64,000 nucleotides of DNA from Eledone cirrhosa (taxonomy: Eukaryota): contig OZ024740.1 of the NCBI GenBank assembly GCA_964016885.1, forward strand, positions 130,820,001 through 130,884,000, in the 5' to 3' direction. Made by a program: the position numbers and the translations under genes. Below are positions 41,104-56,011 of this stretch, piece after piece. The notes beneath the pieces were generated by a model, which made no database searches, was not told the DNA's origin, and saw only the letters and a program-made list of their open reading frames with translations. How positions within the stretch are numbered: the first letter of the stretch is position 1; each line of letters begins with the position of its first letter.

Positions 41104-41677
41104 GGCATGCATGTGTGCGCTGATGTTCATACATAAATATCTCTCACGCACATTTTCCTCGTTCTCTACACATTTTGTATTTTTCATTGATTTCTAAGCT
41201 GTCTTTGATTACTATGCTTTATATGGTGTAAAGATACTTTGAAACCAATTCATAATTTAGACGAATTGTTTGCAGGAACCTCGGTCATGAGTTTCTTTAT
41301 CGTTTCATAGACAATTTAGGACGTTCTTTGAAATTAAAGACGCCTGGAAGCTTCTCAATTTTCAGCACGAATTATGCAAAATCTATTCATGTGCTGGTGC
41401 CAAGCTTCTTCACCTCTTTTCATATAATATTCATTGCTGTCATGCTTCTATATGTTCCTGAAATATAAGGATTTTTTCCATTATTGACACGTGTATTTCG
41501 CTCTTAGTGAATTTCTAATTCAGTACAGTCCTTATTTCATTGCAAATTCTTTATTCTTAGCTGTTGATATTTTCTCCATTACAATTTTATCAGATCCTTT
41601 CATTTTTCTTAGATTATATTTTTCCTTTTCTTTGCAAACTCATGCATCTCAAAAATTACGTTGTACATGTTTCAGTG

Positions 41678-41712
<35 letters not shown>

Positions 41713-42158
41713 TGATATGTATATATGTATGTAAATTCATGCATATGCATGTATGGATAGCTGAATGTATGTATATATATGTAGAGATATATGCATGGTA
41801 TGTGTGTGTGCAAGTTATTTCTAAGACCAACTGCTTGTTATTGCAATCATGCGTTGGAGGAAACATATATTTCCACATACGTACATATTTATATGCGTTA
41901 GTACATATATTGACATGCTGAACCCGATAAGATAAATGAGAGTTTAATCAAGCATTGTCAATCGCGTTAGGATTTTTAAGGATTCATTAATATCTGTACA
42001 AACTTTCAATATTTGTCATAACGTGAACATCAAATGCGCACACATATGTATATATGTACAAAACACACTTATATATATGTGTATATGTGAGTGTCTGAGT
42101 GTGCGTAACTGTGTGTGTATGTATGTATGTATGAATATATGCATTCACACACACACAT

Positions 42159-42225
<67 letters not shown>

Positions 42226-42871
42226 TATGGATGTGATTTTGTTCTTCTCTACGTGTGTTTGTATGTATGTGCGTACTTCTTCGTTAATTATGTGGCAGAA
42301 GTTGTTTTTACCACCTCCGTTAGAAGAGATCGTTGCCACGTAGGCCATTTCGATAAAGCTGTTCACTAATTAAACAGTAACTAGTGTACTAATTTCATTT
42401 GAATTCATATGTGCTGTTAGAATGAATCACATTTTTATCGTAGAGAATAAACACCGGTGATGATCTCGTACGCAGCTGACAGCGGCGTTGAGACTTATCC
42501 ATCTTCATTAGATGTTGGACAGAGAAACGACAAATCCGCTTAAATTATCTATGTTTTGCTATCTTAGTCTCCTGGTTATAATGATGTATGTTGAACGATG
42601 ACACTGTAATATAGTGAAAAATAAAATAAACGCTACGTTTTATAGAATCAAGTGATCTCAGCCCTCAAACTCACTCTCTATATATGTATAAACGAAAAAT
42701 AATAGGAGTAGAAATATATATAACATAGAATTAATTTCTGATGCTGATTGTGTCAATAATTCTCGTTTTCGCTTCAGAGGCCTCCGCAACATTACACTTA
42801 CAAACACACACGCACAAACAAACACACACACACGTGCGCCCGCACATACACACACACACGCGCATATATAT

Positions 42872-42918
<47 letters not shown>

Positions 42919-42921
<3 letters not shown>

Positions 42922-43525
42922 TTTCGTATTTCCAAAGAAATACAGTTTTAGGAAGCCGTTGCTATGCAAACACCGGGGGTCTAACACCCTCTGTTGATGT
43001 CCAGCAGATCAAGGGGAACAACCGTCTATGTATTTCAGGCTTAACTGGCCTTCGTCAGGACTGTCCCTCCCACTGCATACTACTGCTGGACTAGAAGACA
43101 GCTGAGAATATATACTTTTTCGTCTGTGTAAATAGGTGATTAATCTCATTTGCATATGAAGCTGCATAAGTTGGCTCAACTTATAATAAATATGAAATAG
43201 GATTTCGCTTCAAGCATATTTTATACAATATGTATTCATATGCAAATGAGATTAATCAGCTTATTTACACAGACGAGAACAAGTATATATTCTCAGCTTC
43301 TTGCAATCCAGCAGTCGCAAGCGGTGGGAGGGACCGTCCTAACGAAGGCCAGTTAAGTCTGAAATGCATAGACAGTTGTCCTCCTTGCTTCTACTGGACA
43401 TCACCAGAGGGCATTAGACCCCCGGTGTTTGCATAGCTACGGCTTCCTAAAACTGTATTTCTTTGGAAATACGAAATATTTATACATACTGTATACAACT
43501 ATACTTGAAGCGAAATCCTATTTCT
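42919..43525 (+). mobile_element. Fold-back element: arms 42919-43160 and 43235-43478, HHRs at 43024-43061 (-) and 43336-43373 (+)
   Basis: gtc-CTGACGA-aggc-cagttaa-gcct-GAAA-t(g/a)ca-ta-gac; the right copy has G5 changed to A; flanked by (TA)n. Confidence 0.75.
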
Positions 43526-43548
43526 TTTATATATATATATATTATCAG

Positions 43549-43599
43549 GGCTTCCTGATTATTTCTACAGAATGAAACAGTTCAAGTCCTGCAGAAGCC
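43549..43599 (+). ncRNA. Degenerate hammerhead motif in a ~140-bp insert between (TA)n tracts
   Basis: ggcttc-CTGATTA-t-ttc-taca-gaa-t-GAAA-cag..ctg-ca-gaagcc: 6-bp stem I, two core mutations. Confidence 0.5.
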
Positions 43600-43698
43600 A
43601 TTGTATTTATATTGAATATTTATACTCTGCTAAGTATTGAGTACCTTAGTTACTGTGGTTACCCCTGATTGAACCAGGGATAAACTTATATATATATA

Positions 43699-44220
43699 TA
43701 TTGGTAAAAGGAAAAGAAAATTCTGACAAATTGTTCACAGTGAAAAATATTTTAATTAGGAATAAGTGAAAATTAGTAATAGTATTGGTTAATATTCAGT
43801 TTGGGTTTTAAGTTTTACCGGTTGCGCATTTCTAATGCTTTTCAAAAATAATTTTGAGATAGAGCGCCCGTGATGTTTGCTCTAACCTGATTGGTTTTGG
43901 AAATTCTACCTGTTTTATGTGAAAAAAGTGGCTCCAGATGTATTACAATAAGTTTCGCGCCATTTCGTGTTGCAAAAATTCTTGTGGTCAAAACAATTTT
44001 GATTGGTCGGTAGAGGTCATGTGAATGTTAAAAATTGATGTTGCGCCAAATATAGGTTTGTGTGGGCTGATTGAGAAGTCACTGAAAAATAAGTCTTTCA
44101 AAACAAATATGTGTGTGGGTGTGTGTGTAGTAGTAGTAAAGAGGTTCGTTGTTGTGATAATGGTCAGCAGGGATGTGTGTGCGAACCGCAGCCTGTTGAC
44201 AGTTCAAATGCCTATTAAGA

Positions 44221-44257
<37 letters not shown>

Positions 44258-44364
44258 CAGAGTAATTCGTGGTAGAGAGATGGTCAGTAGGAATGTGTCT
44301 GTAAGTGTGTGGGGGATATTTTAACATGTTAAAATATATTTTTCAGCTCATGTCTTATACGGAG

Positions 44365-44416
<52 letters not shown>

Positions 44417-44469
44417 CTCTTTCTATGTTAATGTACGGGTGTGTATGTATATATATGTGTGTGTGTGTG

Positions 44470-44501
<32 letters not shown>

Positions 44502-45905
44502 AGAATGTGTGTGTGTGTGTGTGTGTGGGTGGACCAGTATTTTTTGTGATACTGGTAAAATGGTGTACATTATTCGCTATTTTAAGTAAAAACGATTCTC
44601 TCAATAGAACATCAAAAACCTTATTAATAAAAGGTGTGAAATGATATATAGTATTGGCATAATACCAAGGTGTATGTCAGTGTCCAGATTGTACGTAGTG
44701 CATGCGGAATCCATTAGGCCTTAAAGTATTGGAATACTTGTGTACAAATATATATGCGCACATCAGTGTGCAATGCATGTGTGCGTTTATGTATGTGTGT
44801 GTGTCGGCACGTTTATATCTATAGACATCAAAAGGTATGCAAATTTGTGTATATTTGTGTTGCACCATGGAAATGTGTGTTTACGTATATCATTGTGTTT
44901 ATATGTGGATAGAGATGTATGCTGATGTAGGTATGTATGTTGACATGTGTATGTTGTGGGTTCGTCTTAGGGAGAAGTGTTTATACGGGGTCCGTATTTG
45001 TTAATAAAGTGAGATTCCTTGCTGATGCGCTGGGTGTGGGTGGCATTATCTTTAAATTTGTAGAGGGGAAATATTCAGAAGTTGGGATGATTTTGGGCGG
45101 CACAGGTATCAATGTGTTCACTCAGTCGTATTTTCCTGCATTCCCGTAATTTAATTTGGGATCTATGGACAGTCATGCGTTGGAGCAGGCTTTTTTGGGG
45201 TTGGCCTACGTATTGTTCTCGACAACCTGAGCAAGTTAATACATATATTAGATTTTCTGATGCGCATGTGAAATTGTGTTTTACTATAAAACGTTGTCCT
45301 TCTTTGAAATAGAATTCCGAACCCTCTATTAGGTTGATGCATATACCAGAGTTGGGTCTATAGCATTTTTTTACTATGGGTGTTTTTTACTTGTTGTGTT
45401 TGGCAGTACTTTGTCATGTGTTAGGATGTTTTTCATTGACTTAGATTGTCTTTTGCTCTTTATGCAGTACGTACAATCTGGACACTCACACATACCTTGG
45501 TATTATGCCAATACTATATATCATTTCACACCTTTTATTATTAAGGTTTTTGATGTTCTATTGAGAGGATCGTTTTTACTGAAAATATCGAATAATATAC
45601 ACCATTTTACCAGTTTCACAAAAATACTGGTCCAGCCACACAAACACACATACATTCTCACACACACACACATATACACACACACACATACACACGCGTA
45701 AATTAACATACAAAGAGACACAGACACACACACACACACACACAGAAACACACACACGCACACACACGCACACACACTCACACACACGCACACACACTTC
45801 TCCGTACACGACAAGAGCTGAAAAATATCTTTTAACATGTTAAAATATCCCCCAAACACTACAGACACATTCCTACTGACCATCCCTGTACCACGAATTA
45901 CTCTG

Positions 45906-45958
<53 letters not shown>

Positions 45959-46512
45959 TGTCTTAATAGGCATTTGAACTGTCAACAGGCTGCGGTTCGC
46001 ACACACATCCCTGCTGACCATTATCACAACAGCGAACCTCTTTACTACTACTACTACACACACACACATATTTGTTTTGAAAGACTTATTTTTCAGTGAC
46101 TTTTCAATCAGCCGACACAAACCTACATTTGGCGCAAAATCAATTTTTAACATTCACATGACCTCTACCGACCAATCAAAATTGTTTTGACCACAAGAAT
46201 TTTTGCAACGCGATTTGGCGCGAAACTTATTTTAATACATCTGGAGCCACTTTTTTCACATAAAACAGGTAGAGTATCCAAAACTAATCAGATTAGAGCA
46301 AACATCACGGGCGCTCTATCTCAAAATTATTTTTGAAAATCATTAGAAATGCGCAGCCGGTAAAACTTAAAACCAAAACTGAATACTAACCAATACTATT
46401 ACTAATTTTCACTTATTCCTAATTAAACTATTATTCACTGTGAACAATTTGTCAGCATGTTCTTTTCCGTTTACCAATATATCATAACTCGTGTGTTACA
46501 CCTCTATTATTT

Positions 46513-46515
<3 letters not shown>
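43699..46515. mobile_element. Penelope-like element, same family as 56397-59872: inverted copy 43699-45462 including GIY-YIG, direct copy 45463-46515
   Basis: About 1-kb inverted arms; 44965-45460 on the minus strand matches the GIY-YIG region 58195-58684; same tail gtgtgttacacctctatt. Confidence 0.85.
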
Positions 46516-46548
<33 letters not shown>

Positions 46549-47794
46549 ATAATAATAGAATAAAGAGAAATGGCAGCGTTGCCTCTTTCATTCCCTTCAG
46601 GCTGTTGAAATAACATATGGCTGTTGTCGAACACGTGATTTAATCTATATTGTCTAACTTTGCTCCCAAATCTTTTAATCTTTACACTCTTGGCTATGAC
46701 ACACTGCGTTAGTTCCTCTATTATTAAATGTTACCCTTTTTCGCTTCTGGTGTATTCCCTTGTCAATCTATCATTAATATCTATGATTTAATATGTTCCG
46801 TTTAATAAATGGTTAAGTTTCCAGATACGTATTTCTTATTTCCCTGCTGTGAACATTCATCCTAGATCAATGCTATGTCGTTTCTTGTCTTTTCTCGCTT
46901 GTTTTCTATACCAAGGGATATTTAAACCACATTTACGGCTGCTTTGAAGATATCGTTACTTTGTCGAAGATTCTTCGCCTCTGTGTTTTGGACGACCTTC
47001 TTTACCTTGCCTGCCGTTTCATTTAACCATTTTCTGTTTACAAATCGTAGTCCCCTCCCTTTCATTCATCTTTAAATTCAGAATATCAGCAACATGTTAA
47101 CCTCATCCGTCAGATATCCTTTTCTCAATAGCCGTATCTTTACTCCTGATGTCATTTATATCAACCATTAGATCATTGTATTTGTCGGTTCTTCATCAGG
47201 TCTCTACCACATCACCTTCATTTTCTATTGGCTCATTTGCATCATTCACTAACCCTTCTATCGGCCGATTTATCTGATCTACTCCATTTTCCATTTCCAG
47301 CTTGATCGTTCTACTTATTTATTCCAATTTCACCTCTCGTATCCATCCATCAGTTCTTATTAGACGAGCCTTAGAAGCTAGTTTTCGTTAATCTAAATTA
47401 AATAGACAAATGTCGTTCCAAATTTTATGCATGCGTTTTTTATAGCATTTCTTAGTTGGAACCCTTTTCAGATAACGTTTCATTAGAGTTATATACAATA
47501 AATTCCTCCAGTTGGTTCGTGCCTCGTTCCTTCTTCCTCCAATACGAGCAGTATTTGGATGACAGTCAGATCCCTGTTGCTGAGACAGGGAGCATTGTTC
47601 GGGTGAGAGTTCTTCACATGAATTTTCAGCGTTTGCTTCAACGTTTTTTTCAAAGTATTTTTCAACATTTTTTCAAGTTATGTTTGAAATTTAAGCAATC
47701 ATGTATAAGAAGTATTGAATTAAATACAATGTGTTTAATGAGACACCATCACTGAATTTGGGAGTTTATATGATGCGTATAGTCATTATTACTA

Positions 47795-47968
47795 TTAAAG
47801 GGTCGGACGCCATGCTCTCCAGCATAGTTACGTCCCTTTTTGGTCTGAGTTCAAATCCCGTCAGGGTTAACTTTGCCTTTCATCCTTACGGGGTCGATAC
47901 AATAAAGTACTGGCAATGCACTGGGTTATTGCTGGCCTTGTTTCAAAAGTAGAAACAATTATTACTAT
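47795..47968 (+). mobile_element. tRNA-type SINE, 5' end degraded
   Basis: gagttcaaatcccg..ctttcatccttacggggtcgatac..agtagaaacaattatta. Confidence 0.8.
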
Positions 47969-48099
47969 TAAAGATAGTTATGCTGCTCGGACAGTTTTCT
48001 AAATGCGAGCCATATGTGGCTAATGATGAAACTATTATTATAACTTAATGATATATCCTCGTATATCATTTCAAATATATTATATATATATATGAATAT

Positions 48100-48257
<158 letters not shown>

Positions 48258-48405
48258 AGGTGGAACAATTGTTCTCGGTAAATTTGAACTAACTATGGCG
48301 GAACTACTACCAAGCTAATTCCATGGGCTGTGATTTCTACTACTACGTATACAACCCACCAGTTTTCTACTATTTTATTATTACACACACACACACACAC
48401 ATACG

Positions 48406-48450
<45 letters not shown>

Positions 48451-48454
48451 CATT

Positions 48455-49655
48455 AAAAAAAGTGGAGAATAACATGGTCAATAGTACAAAAAAAGGTATT
48501 TATTTGCAGTCTAACAATATTTTCATTGAGAGAGTTGTCTAACAATTGCTAAACCCTAAAAGCAGTGCCACTCGATTTTAAATACTGTTACGTCTATTAG
48601 ATCTTCGGAAACTGTCAATATATATATATATATATGTAACCATTAATTTACAAATTCAAATTATATCATCAATATACAAATATATTTAAAATTATTATAT
48701 TTCACCTTATCTCTCCATATATTTCAACATTTCTCAAAAACCATTCTTAATAATTTTAATATGTTTAAATATTCTTCGCACATTTTTACTCTTTTTACTC
48801 CCTTTACGTATTTATTTTTATTCTTCATTTTTCACACTTTATACCATTTTATATCACATTAGATATAACTTATTTATTCATTTATTTATTTATTTATTTA
48901 TTTATCAATATTTATATATTTTTTTAAATATATTTGTTCATATATTTTTGTTCATATATATTCTTTATATATCTACTTTTATTTTTATTTACATCTATAC
49001 ATGTATTAACGTTTATTCATTTATTTGTCCCTCTATTCTTCTTTCTATCGTACGTTATTTCTACTCATGTTTGTCTCTCCTATATCTACCATTATCTTCT
49101 ATATATATTCTTCCCTTTATATTTATATCTATAATAATTTCTCCTTTTTCTTCTTATTTATCTTTTTATTTTTTTATTTTTCCTTATTCTGCTTTCTTCT
49201 TAATTTCCTTTCTTTCTTTACTGTATCTATCTCCCCTTTTCCCTTCTTTTCTCAATGTATCTTTATTTTTTAATATTATCATTGATGATGTAATTTGAAT
49301 TTGTAAATTTTCCGGTTACATATATATTTTTTTTAACAGTTTCCGAAGATCTAACAGAGTTAACATCGTAATTAAATTTGAGTGAACTGCTTTTAGTGTT
49401 CAGAAATTTTTAGACAACTCTATCAGTGAAACAATTGTTAAATGGCAAATAAATCCCCTTTTTGTACTATTGACCATGTTATTCCCCACTTTTTCAATTT
49501 TATTACTCCAAGATAAATTTACATAGGAATACAAGTGAAATTATAGACTCGTCATCTACGTAAACCTCTTATTGAGTCAAGCAACGCCGTACGCTAAAAT
49601 AATCCATAATAAGAAGTATTCACAACTTATAATTGTATTACCTATAACGATATTG
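48455..49655 (+). mobile_element. Fold-back PLE remnant: arms 48455-48615 and 49336-49494, long-stem-II HHR-like motif 49340-49442, coding-like tail
   Basis: ttt-CCGAAGA-tct..gagtt..aactc..cag-t-GAAA-caattg-tt-aaa; tail homologous to 14463-14600. Confidence 0.6.
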
Positions 49656-49738
49656 TGTTATCCTTTATATATATATATATTTATATATATGTGTGTGTGT
49701 ACGTGTGTGTGTGTATGTGTATGTGTGTGTGTGTGTAT

Positions 49739-49857
<119 letters not shown>

Positions 49858-49949
49858 TATATATATATATACATATACATACTTATATATATATATACAT
49901 ATATATATGGCGGGGATCATTTAACACAAATCTTCGTTCAAGTGAGTTT

Positions 49950-50031
49950 GTTTCCTGATGATTTCGAAGCTCGTGATTTTATCCTTGATCGGATATGTCC
50001 AAAAGCGAATGAAACCCAAAGGGGTAGAAAC
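49950..50031 (+). ncRNA. Type I hammerhead ribozyme with intact core
   Basis: gtttc-CTGATGA-t-ttcg...cgaa-t-GAAA-ccc-aaag-ggg-ta-gaaac; all three stems pair; GUA triplet. Confidence 0.8.
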
Positions 50032-50324
50032 GTAATTTTGGTATGTTTATATACATTTTTTCATCTAACTTTAATTTTATACCTAATTGTGTATGGTTAA
50101 CGATATATTTAATCGATTTCCACATATTATTGAAATGCTGGGTAGATATTATATAGCCATTGATCGCGAAAAGATGGCTGTGGTCTATTTATCTATTATT
50201 TCTTCGTAGGTGCCTTTTAATCTTATAGCCTGGTTTAGTTGGTTTTCTTGTGTGGTTGATTATGCTGATTGAGAGAAGAGGTGGTGTATATATATCCTAT
50301 CAAATGATTCTATGGACATACTTT

Positions 50325-50403
<79 letters not shown>

Positions 50404-50408
50404 GTATG

Positions 50409-50950
50409 ACCGCAGGAAGGCTCTTTGTTCTAGCGTCCTCTAATATCCTTCTCAGCATCAGGATGCTGTGGTTGATCTTCCCTTTTTGAAGCCGTTCTGC
50501 TTGTCCCTGAGATTATTCTCCATCTCAGGCTGGATCCTGTAATGGAGTCTATGCTGCTGTACGGGTCTGAGACTTGGACATTGACCAATAAACTCACTCA
50601 GATGGCACGATGATTCTGAGGATGGCTCTGAACATTAATCAGTATACACTGAGGATGAAAAACTCAGAGCTGTATGAGAGCCTCACAAAAGTCAGTTCAA
50701 AAGTGATACAGCGGAGATTGAAGTTAGCTGGACATGCTCACCGACATCCAGAGTTGACATTGCACTCAGTGCTCGTGTGGAAGCCCTTACATGGACACAC
50801 TGGAAGAGGAAAACCAAGGTTATCGTATGTTGATGCCCTAAGGACAGACACTGGTCTGTTGGAAATGCAGGACATGGCAGCGATAATGAGGGACATAGAA
50901 CGCTGGAGAGGACTCGTCCATGGATCTCGTGAATTTTACCCGCCCTAGAA
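50409..50950 (+). mobile_element. RTE-type LINE 3' fragment with an inverted 5' segment (50409-50540)
   Basis: Plus strand ESMLLYGSETWTLT..LRMALNI..RRLKLAGH..GRGKP; minus strand RIQPEM..QNGFKKGRST..LRRILE; (TGTA)n on both sides. Confidence 0.85.
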
Positions 50951-51683
50951 ATGTATGTATGAATGTATATATATAACTATGTCTTCAGCTTTATAGCACA
51001 CGATTTAATACCCAGTAAAATCCACTGCCATCAGGTGCACTAATTGTATGCAAATATGTCCATTTCTGTGTTAATATTGTAAATGATAGATTATACAATC
51101 CTTTGTGTTACACATTTTCCTGTGGTTATGTAGCTGATATACATACATAGCAATTTGGAAATAAAGTAATGCTTTTCAGATATTTTTTGTACAAGTTGCA
51201 AGGAAAATTTCATAACATACATGTTTAAATTTCAATAGTTAATGTGTAACTTTGTATACACAGTTAGGCATAGAAGCTTATTTCGATACAGTATATATAC
51301 AGATACATTATTATCTTATGACCTTCATAGCACATGATTAAATACACTACACTTTAACTGCAACTATTAAAATTAACTACAAACTGTGTTACTACTATAA
51401 AATATAGGTTTGTATCCCTTCACTAAAGTATATACTCACGTTTGTTTAGCAAATATATTCTCTTTTGATGAAAACCAAAAACGTTTAAAAATCGATACCT
51501 TATATTTATCGTTTCTCTTTCTTTCACTTCCTCGAGACATGGATAATTCTGGAATTTACATGGTTAATATTCTATTTTTATGTACATAAACGTTTATGCA
51601 ATCGCTCTCTCACTACCTCTCACTCTCTCTCTTTCTCTCGCTCTCTCACCATATGTATATTATATACATAATTACACCCCCCC

Positions 51684-51732
<49 letters not shown>

Positions 51733-52399
51733 AATGTGTGTGTGTGTGCATATAAGTTATTACCCTAAACTTCGGCTGCATAGCGTACGCTGTAATGTCA
51801 GACATGATTCATCCAGTGAGTCTGACGGAACTCGCCGATTCGGAGCAATGAAAACAAAGTGTCCAACATCACGATTCTGAATCCAATCCTCCTAACATTA
51901 AACCACGCGCATTCATATATAAAATATACATTATATCGTATTTTATGTGATTCATGTTGGATTCCTTTCGTCTATTATTTCAATAGCTTGGCTTTTCTTT
52001 TTTAAATATTTTTCTGGATTATTATTGTTTGGATTTATTTTTTGTTGTATGAACTTAACTTCTTGATGCGTAGCATCACGTCATCCAGGTGGGTAGTTTG
52101 AGGGTATCAATTCAAGATACAACGGTAGGGGGTGGTGCACAGCATAATATTTTTGTCGTAGTCAAAACAAATAATAATAGGTTTAACTTGATTTTATAGA
52201 AACTACATAATATGACAGCTGCAGCTTAATAACGACTGTAGTGCCTATTTGGTGGCTGTTTCAGTCCAATTACAAGTTTGGAAAACAGGATGGTCCGCGA
52301 TTGATTTGTGATTATTAAGGGAGAGTACAGTCTGTTGTTCGGCTTAGCGAGTCTACTGAGTAGTTGCGGACCGATTTGAGTAAGAATGATTTTGTTTAC

Positions 52400-52454
<55 letters not shown>

Positions 52455-52456
<2 letters not shown>

Positions 52457-52596
52457 CTTAGGGTAGTAGAGTAGGTAATAGGAAAATGTTTAACCCGCCG
52501 GCAGAGCTCAAGCCGTTTCGATGGCTATTTCTGGACTAAGTATTGAGTAGTCTGGTGCGTTATGGACATCTGTTTACTCACCACACTTCTTTCGTT
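52455..52596 (+). mobile_element. Third member of the 14741/19065 short family
   Basis: Inverted segment ending gagctcaagccgtttcgatggcta followed by the tail taagtattgagta..caccacacttctttcgtt. Confidence 0.6.
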
Positions 52597-52692
<96 letters not shown>

Positions 52693-53671
52693 GTGTGTTT
52701 GTGTTTGAATATGTGTGTGCGTATATATATTTATACATATATATATATACAGAGAGAGAAAAAGATAGAGAGAAAGAGGTTGAGTAGGAATCAGTTATAT
52801 ATATGGTAGGTAAAGTCACATAGCATTTGGCTTAAGAATTCTGTTCGTTCTCCCGTGATTGTAACTTTATTTCCCATCACTTTATATCACGTTGCACTTT
52901 TCGAAATATGAGACGCCTTTTTACATCCGTACCTTTTTATCACGTGTTCTACTCTGTAATCTTAATGAAGTATATATACACTCTATATATGGATATGCAT
53001 ATTTGTGTGAATATGTCCTTGTTTGTGAGACATTGTGTTTGCATTCGTGTGGCTGTATGTAAATGCATTGGGATAGTTGAATGTACATTAATATATCTGT
53101 ATGTATTTCTTTTTAAACTGCTGAATGCTATCAAATGTAATAGCCCGCACATACATTGAAATGCTTGAATAGTAGTCGACGTAAAACTTCATCTTTAATT
53201 TATTTTATTTCCCTTACTGTAAAAAAATGAACTATTTAGACATGTGGAGACTGGAAACGAATTCATTCATTGAAAATTACTATTGCGAAAAATATAACAT
53301 CTTGGCTTTAACAAAAACTGACAGCATACACAATGTGAAATTATACTTTGCTTTCAAATTGTTTTTCTTCGCATATTTAATTGGTGTTGTCAGCAGCTAA
53401 CACTTATTTTAGAAGTGGAACCTCCTTCTAAATGGCTTCTGTTATATTCTTAACCTCATTTGCATCTACGAATTTCATTAACGGAGCTAACCTGCTCAAC
53501 AGACAGTTAAGTAAATAATATGTTCATTGCATATGAAGTTTCAAACAATATAATACATCAAGAGAAATTTTAAATGTGACACTTGTTATATTCGAATCCA
53601 TCAAGTGATGTATACTTGTATCATACCATCTGCTCCTACATATATACGCATATATCATGTAAATGTATATA

Positions 53672-53745
<74 letters not shown>

Positions 53746-53958
53746 CGTGTCTATATTATAAATGTTTATATCGATGTATATGAAGGCAAATACGGTATGT
53801 TTATGTATAATGATTCTATCGTATGTGCGTTACATTGACTACGATTATGGACAACGCTGTGCTAGTGCTCCAGAAAAGAGATGCATGCATTTATACACAC
53901 TTAAATACATATATATTTAGAAATACGTATCTCTCTCTGTATATTATATATTGATATA

Positions 53959-53993
<35 letters not shown>

Positions 53994-53997
53994 ATGC

Positions 53998-54028
<31 letters not shown>

Positions 54029-55590
54029 CGTGCGCATGTGTGTGTACAGAAAATATCCGTAGGCGGGGTAAAGGAAAACGGACAACAATCGGCAAGAGTG
54101 CTAATATATTATATTATTTATTTATGTTCAGAGGCACCACAAAAATCGCTCACGAAGATTCTAAAGACCAATATTGACCATAACTCCAGAATATAAGTGG
54201 CATAAAAATTGGGAACTATTCTTCAAGCGCTTATACAAGTCTATAAGATACCTTAATATGTAACGTGCGCTAAGATGCTAGTTTACGAAAAACGTATTAT
54301 AACAAGGGGAAATAATTCCAAGATGTAAATTTGAAATAGCAACGTCATACACGTGTGCTATATGAGATGCATGGTATTATGTGATGGTATGTAATATAGA
54401 GATGGTAATATTTATTAAGGTATAGAAGAACACGATATGTGTATTGTATTATGTAATTGTGGAAAAAGAAAGAGATGGAAAATATATTTTAATAAGTATA
54501 TACATCAAATAAAGATGGATGAAAATCAGTTGAATTTGTTGAACATTTCCACTTACCAAGTAGTTTGCTTTTGAGATTTAGGTATTCTCTACCTTTAGTG
54601 CAACGAGTCAATTTTAGTTTCATCCTGTGTCTGACAATGTTTCTGCGCAATGAAATGTAGAGAATACATTAATAAAGAAGTGTCATTTAATCCAAGGTCG
54701 AATACTGCAAAATCGAAATGTGATTCTAATTTTATATATATTTAAGTGCATTGTTATTAAGAAAATTAGTGACATATACGTGTGCTTATTTCAAAATCCT
54801 ATTATGAGGAATACTGACTGCGTTTAGAGAAACTAAACTCATTCAACCGAACACGAGGACATTATTTTTTTTTTATTAATGAGAGAAGAGAATTCACAAG
54901 TAACAATGGCGTCGGAGGTAAATTTGACATACTAGACAACAAACACGCACAGCAGAACGCGAGGATATTTGCTTTCATAACATAAGATAAATTCCATTTG
55001 TCTACTCTATTGACTTTGAGAAGGTGAACCTGGGATAAAACACAACACACACATATTAAATATTCGCACCACCAACTATACAAACGAAGACGGGTGAGTT
55101 GCATTATGTTGAGTGCTCTCCATAATATTACATCGAGGTTGACCACACGAAAGGACCTGTTCTATCCAGTGGTGAACCAACAAACCTAAATAAAGATATA
55201 TATATACCCACACACACATACCGCAAAATAAGAGAGATAAAATTACTCATTGCAGAAGTCACTGCCTGTACTACTGATACACTACTCTGGATTTTTCTTA
55301 AATGATATTTCGTAATTTTTTGAAATTTTGGATCCTGGGAATCCTTTGGATCTTAATTTAAAATTTTTGACAATTTTCTGAATTTTTAAGAAAAAAAGTC
55401 TCTTAATTTCCCACCACAAATTCATCTGTGATAAGCAGAAAAAAACACACACAAACATACACCAAAACCTGCCCGCCCCCATACACTCACACATACACAT
55501 ACACATGTGTGTATTGCTAAAGGGACTGTGATAGAGAGACTGAAAAAAACACACACACGTATGTGTTCATTGTTATATATACACCATCAC

Positions 55591-55644
<54 letters not shown>

Positions 55645-55914
55645 CATACTCCCTAAAACCACAGTCCAATAATAGAATTTCTACTACATTCCTGCTGCTT
55701 CAATAGAACTTACCTCGGACTTACAATTTCCCATCCCTTTTTGAACTCTTGACCAGTCAATTAACACAATCAGATATATACAGACACAGGCTGTGAAGAA
55801 ACGCAACTACTGCTGTCTTCGCTTAACACCAAATTTACTCCAACATTTGATTTTAATTTTAAATCCTTAGTTTTTAAATCCTATTAATTTTAAAATTTTT
55901 ATTTCAATACTCAA

Positions 55915-55958
55915 CATCTGAGAAGATGGATTTTAACAATACATCGAAACCGGTAATT
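55915..55958 (+). ncRNA. Degenerate hammerhead-like motif
   Basis: CTGAGAA-gatg..catc-GAAA-ccgg-ta; palindromic accggt; weak stem I. Confidence 0.4.
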
Positions 55959-56011
55959 CTTCATATACTTTATATACATTATCAAACTTAAAAAAAAAAA
56001 GAATTGTCCTA

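Noticed and set aside
46640-47750. Possible old LINE endonuclease or ORF1 relic on the minus strand (IWKLNHLL)
   Set aside because: Only one short motif; cannot be supported without a search.
51788-52290. HHR-like stems gtcagac/gtctgac-GGAA (about 51797-51830) and tccaa/ttgga-ct-GAAA (about 52258-52290, minus)
   Set aside because: The CUGANGA box is missing; could be chance or very old relics.
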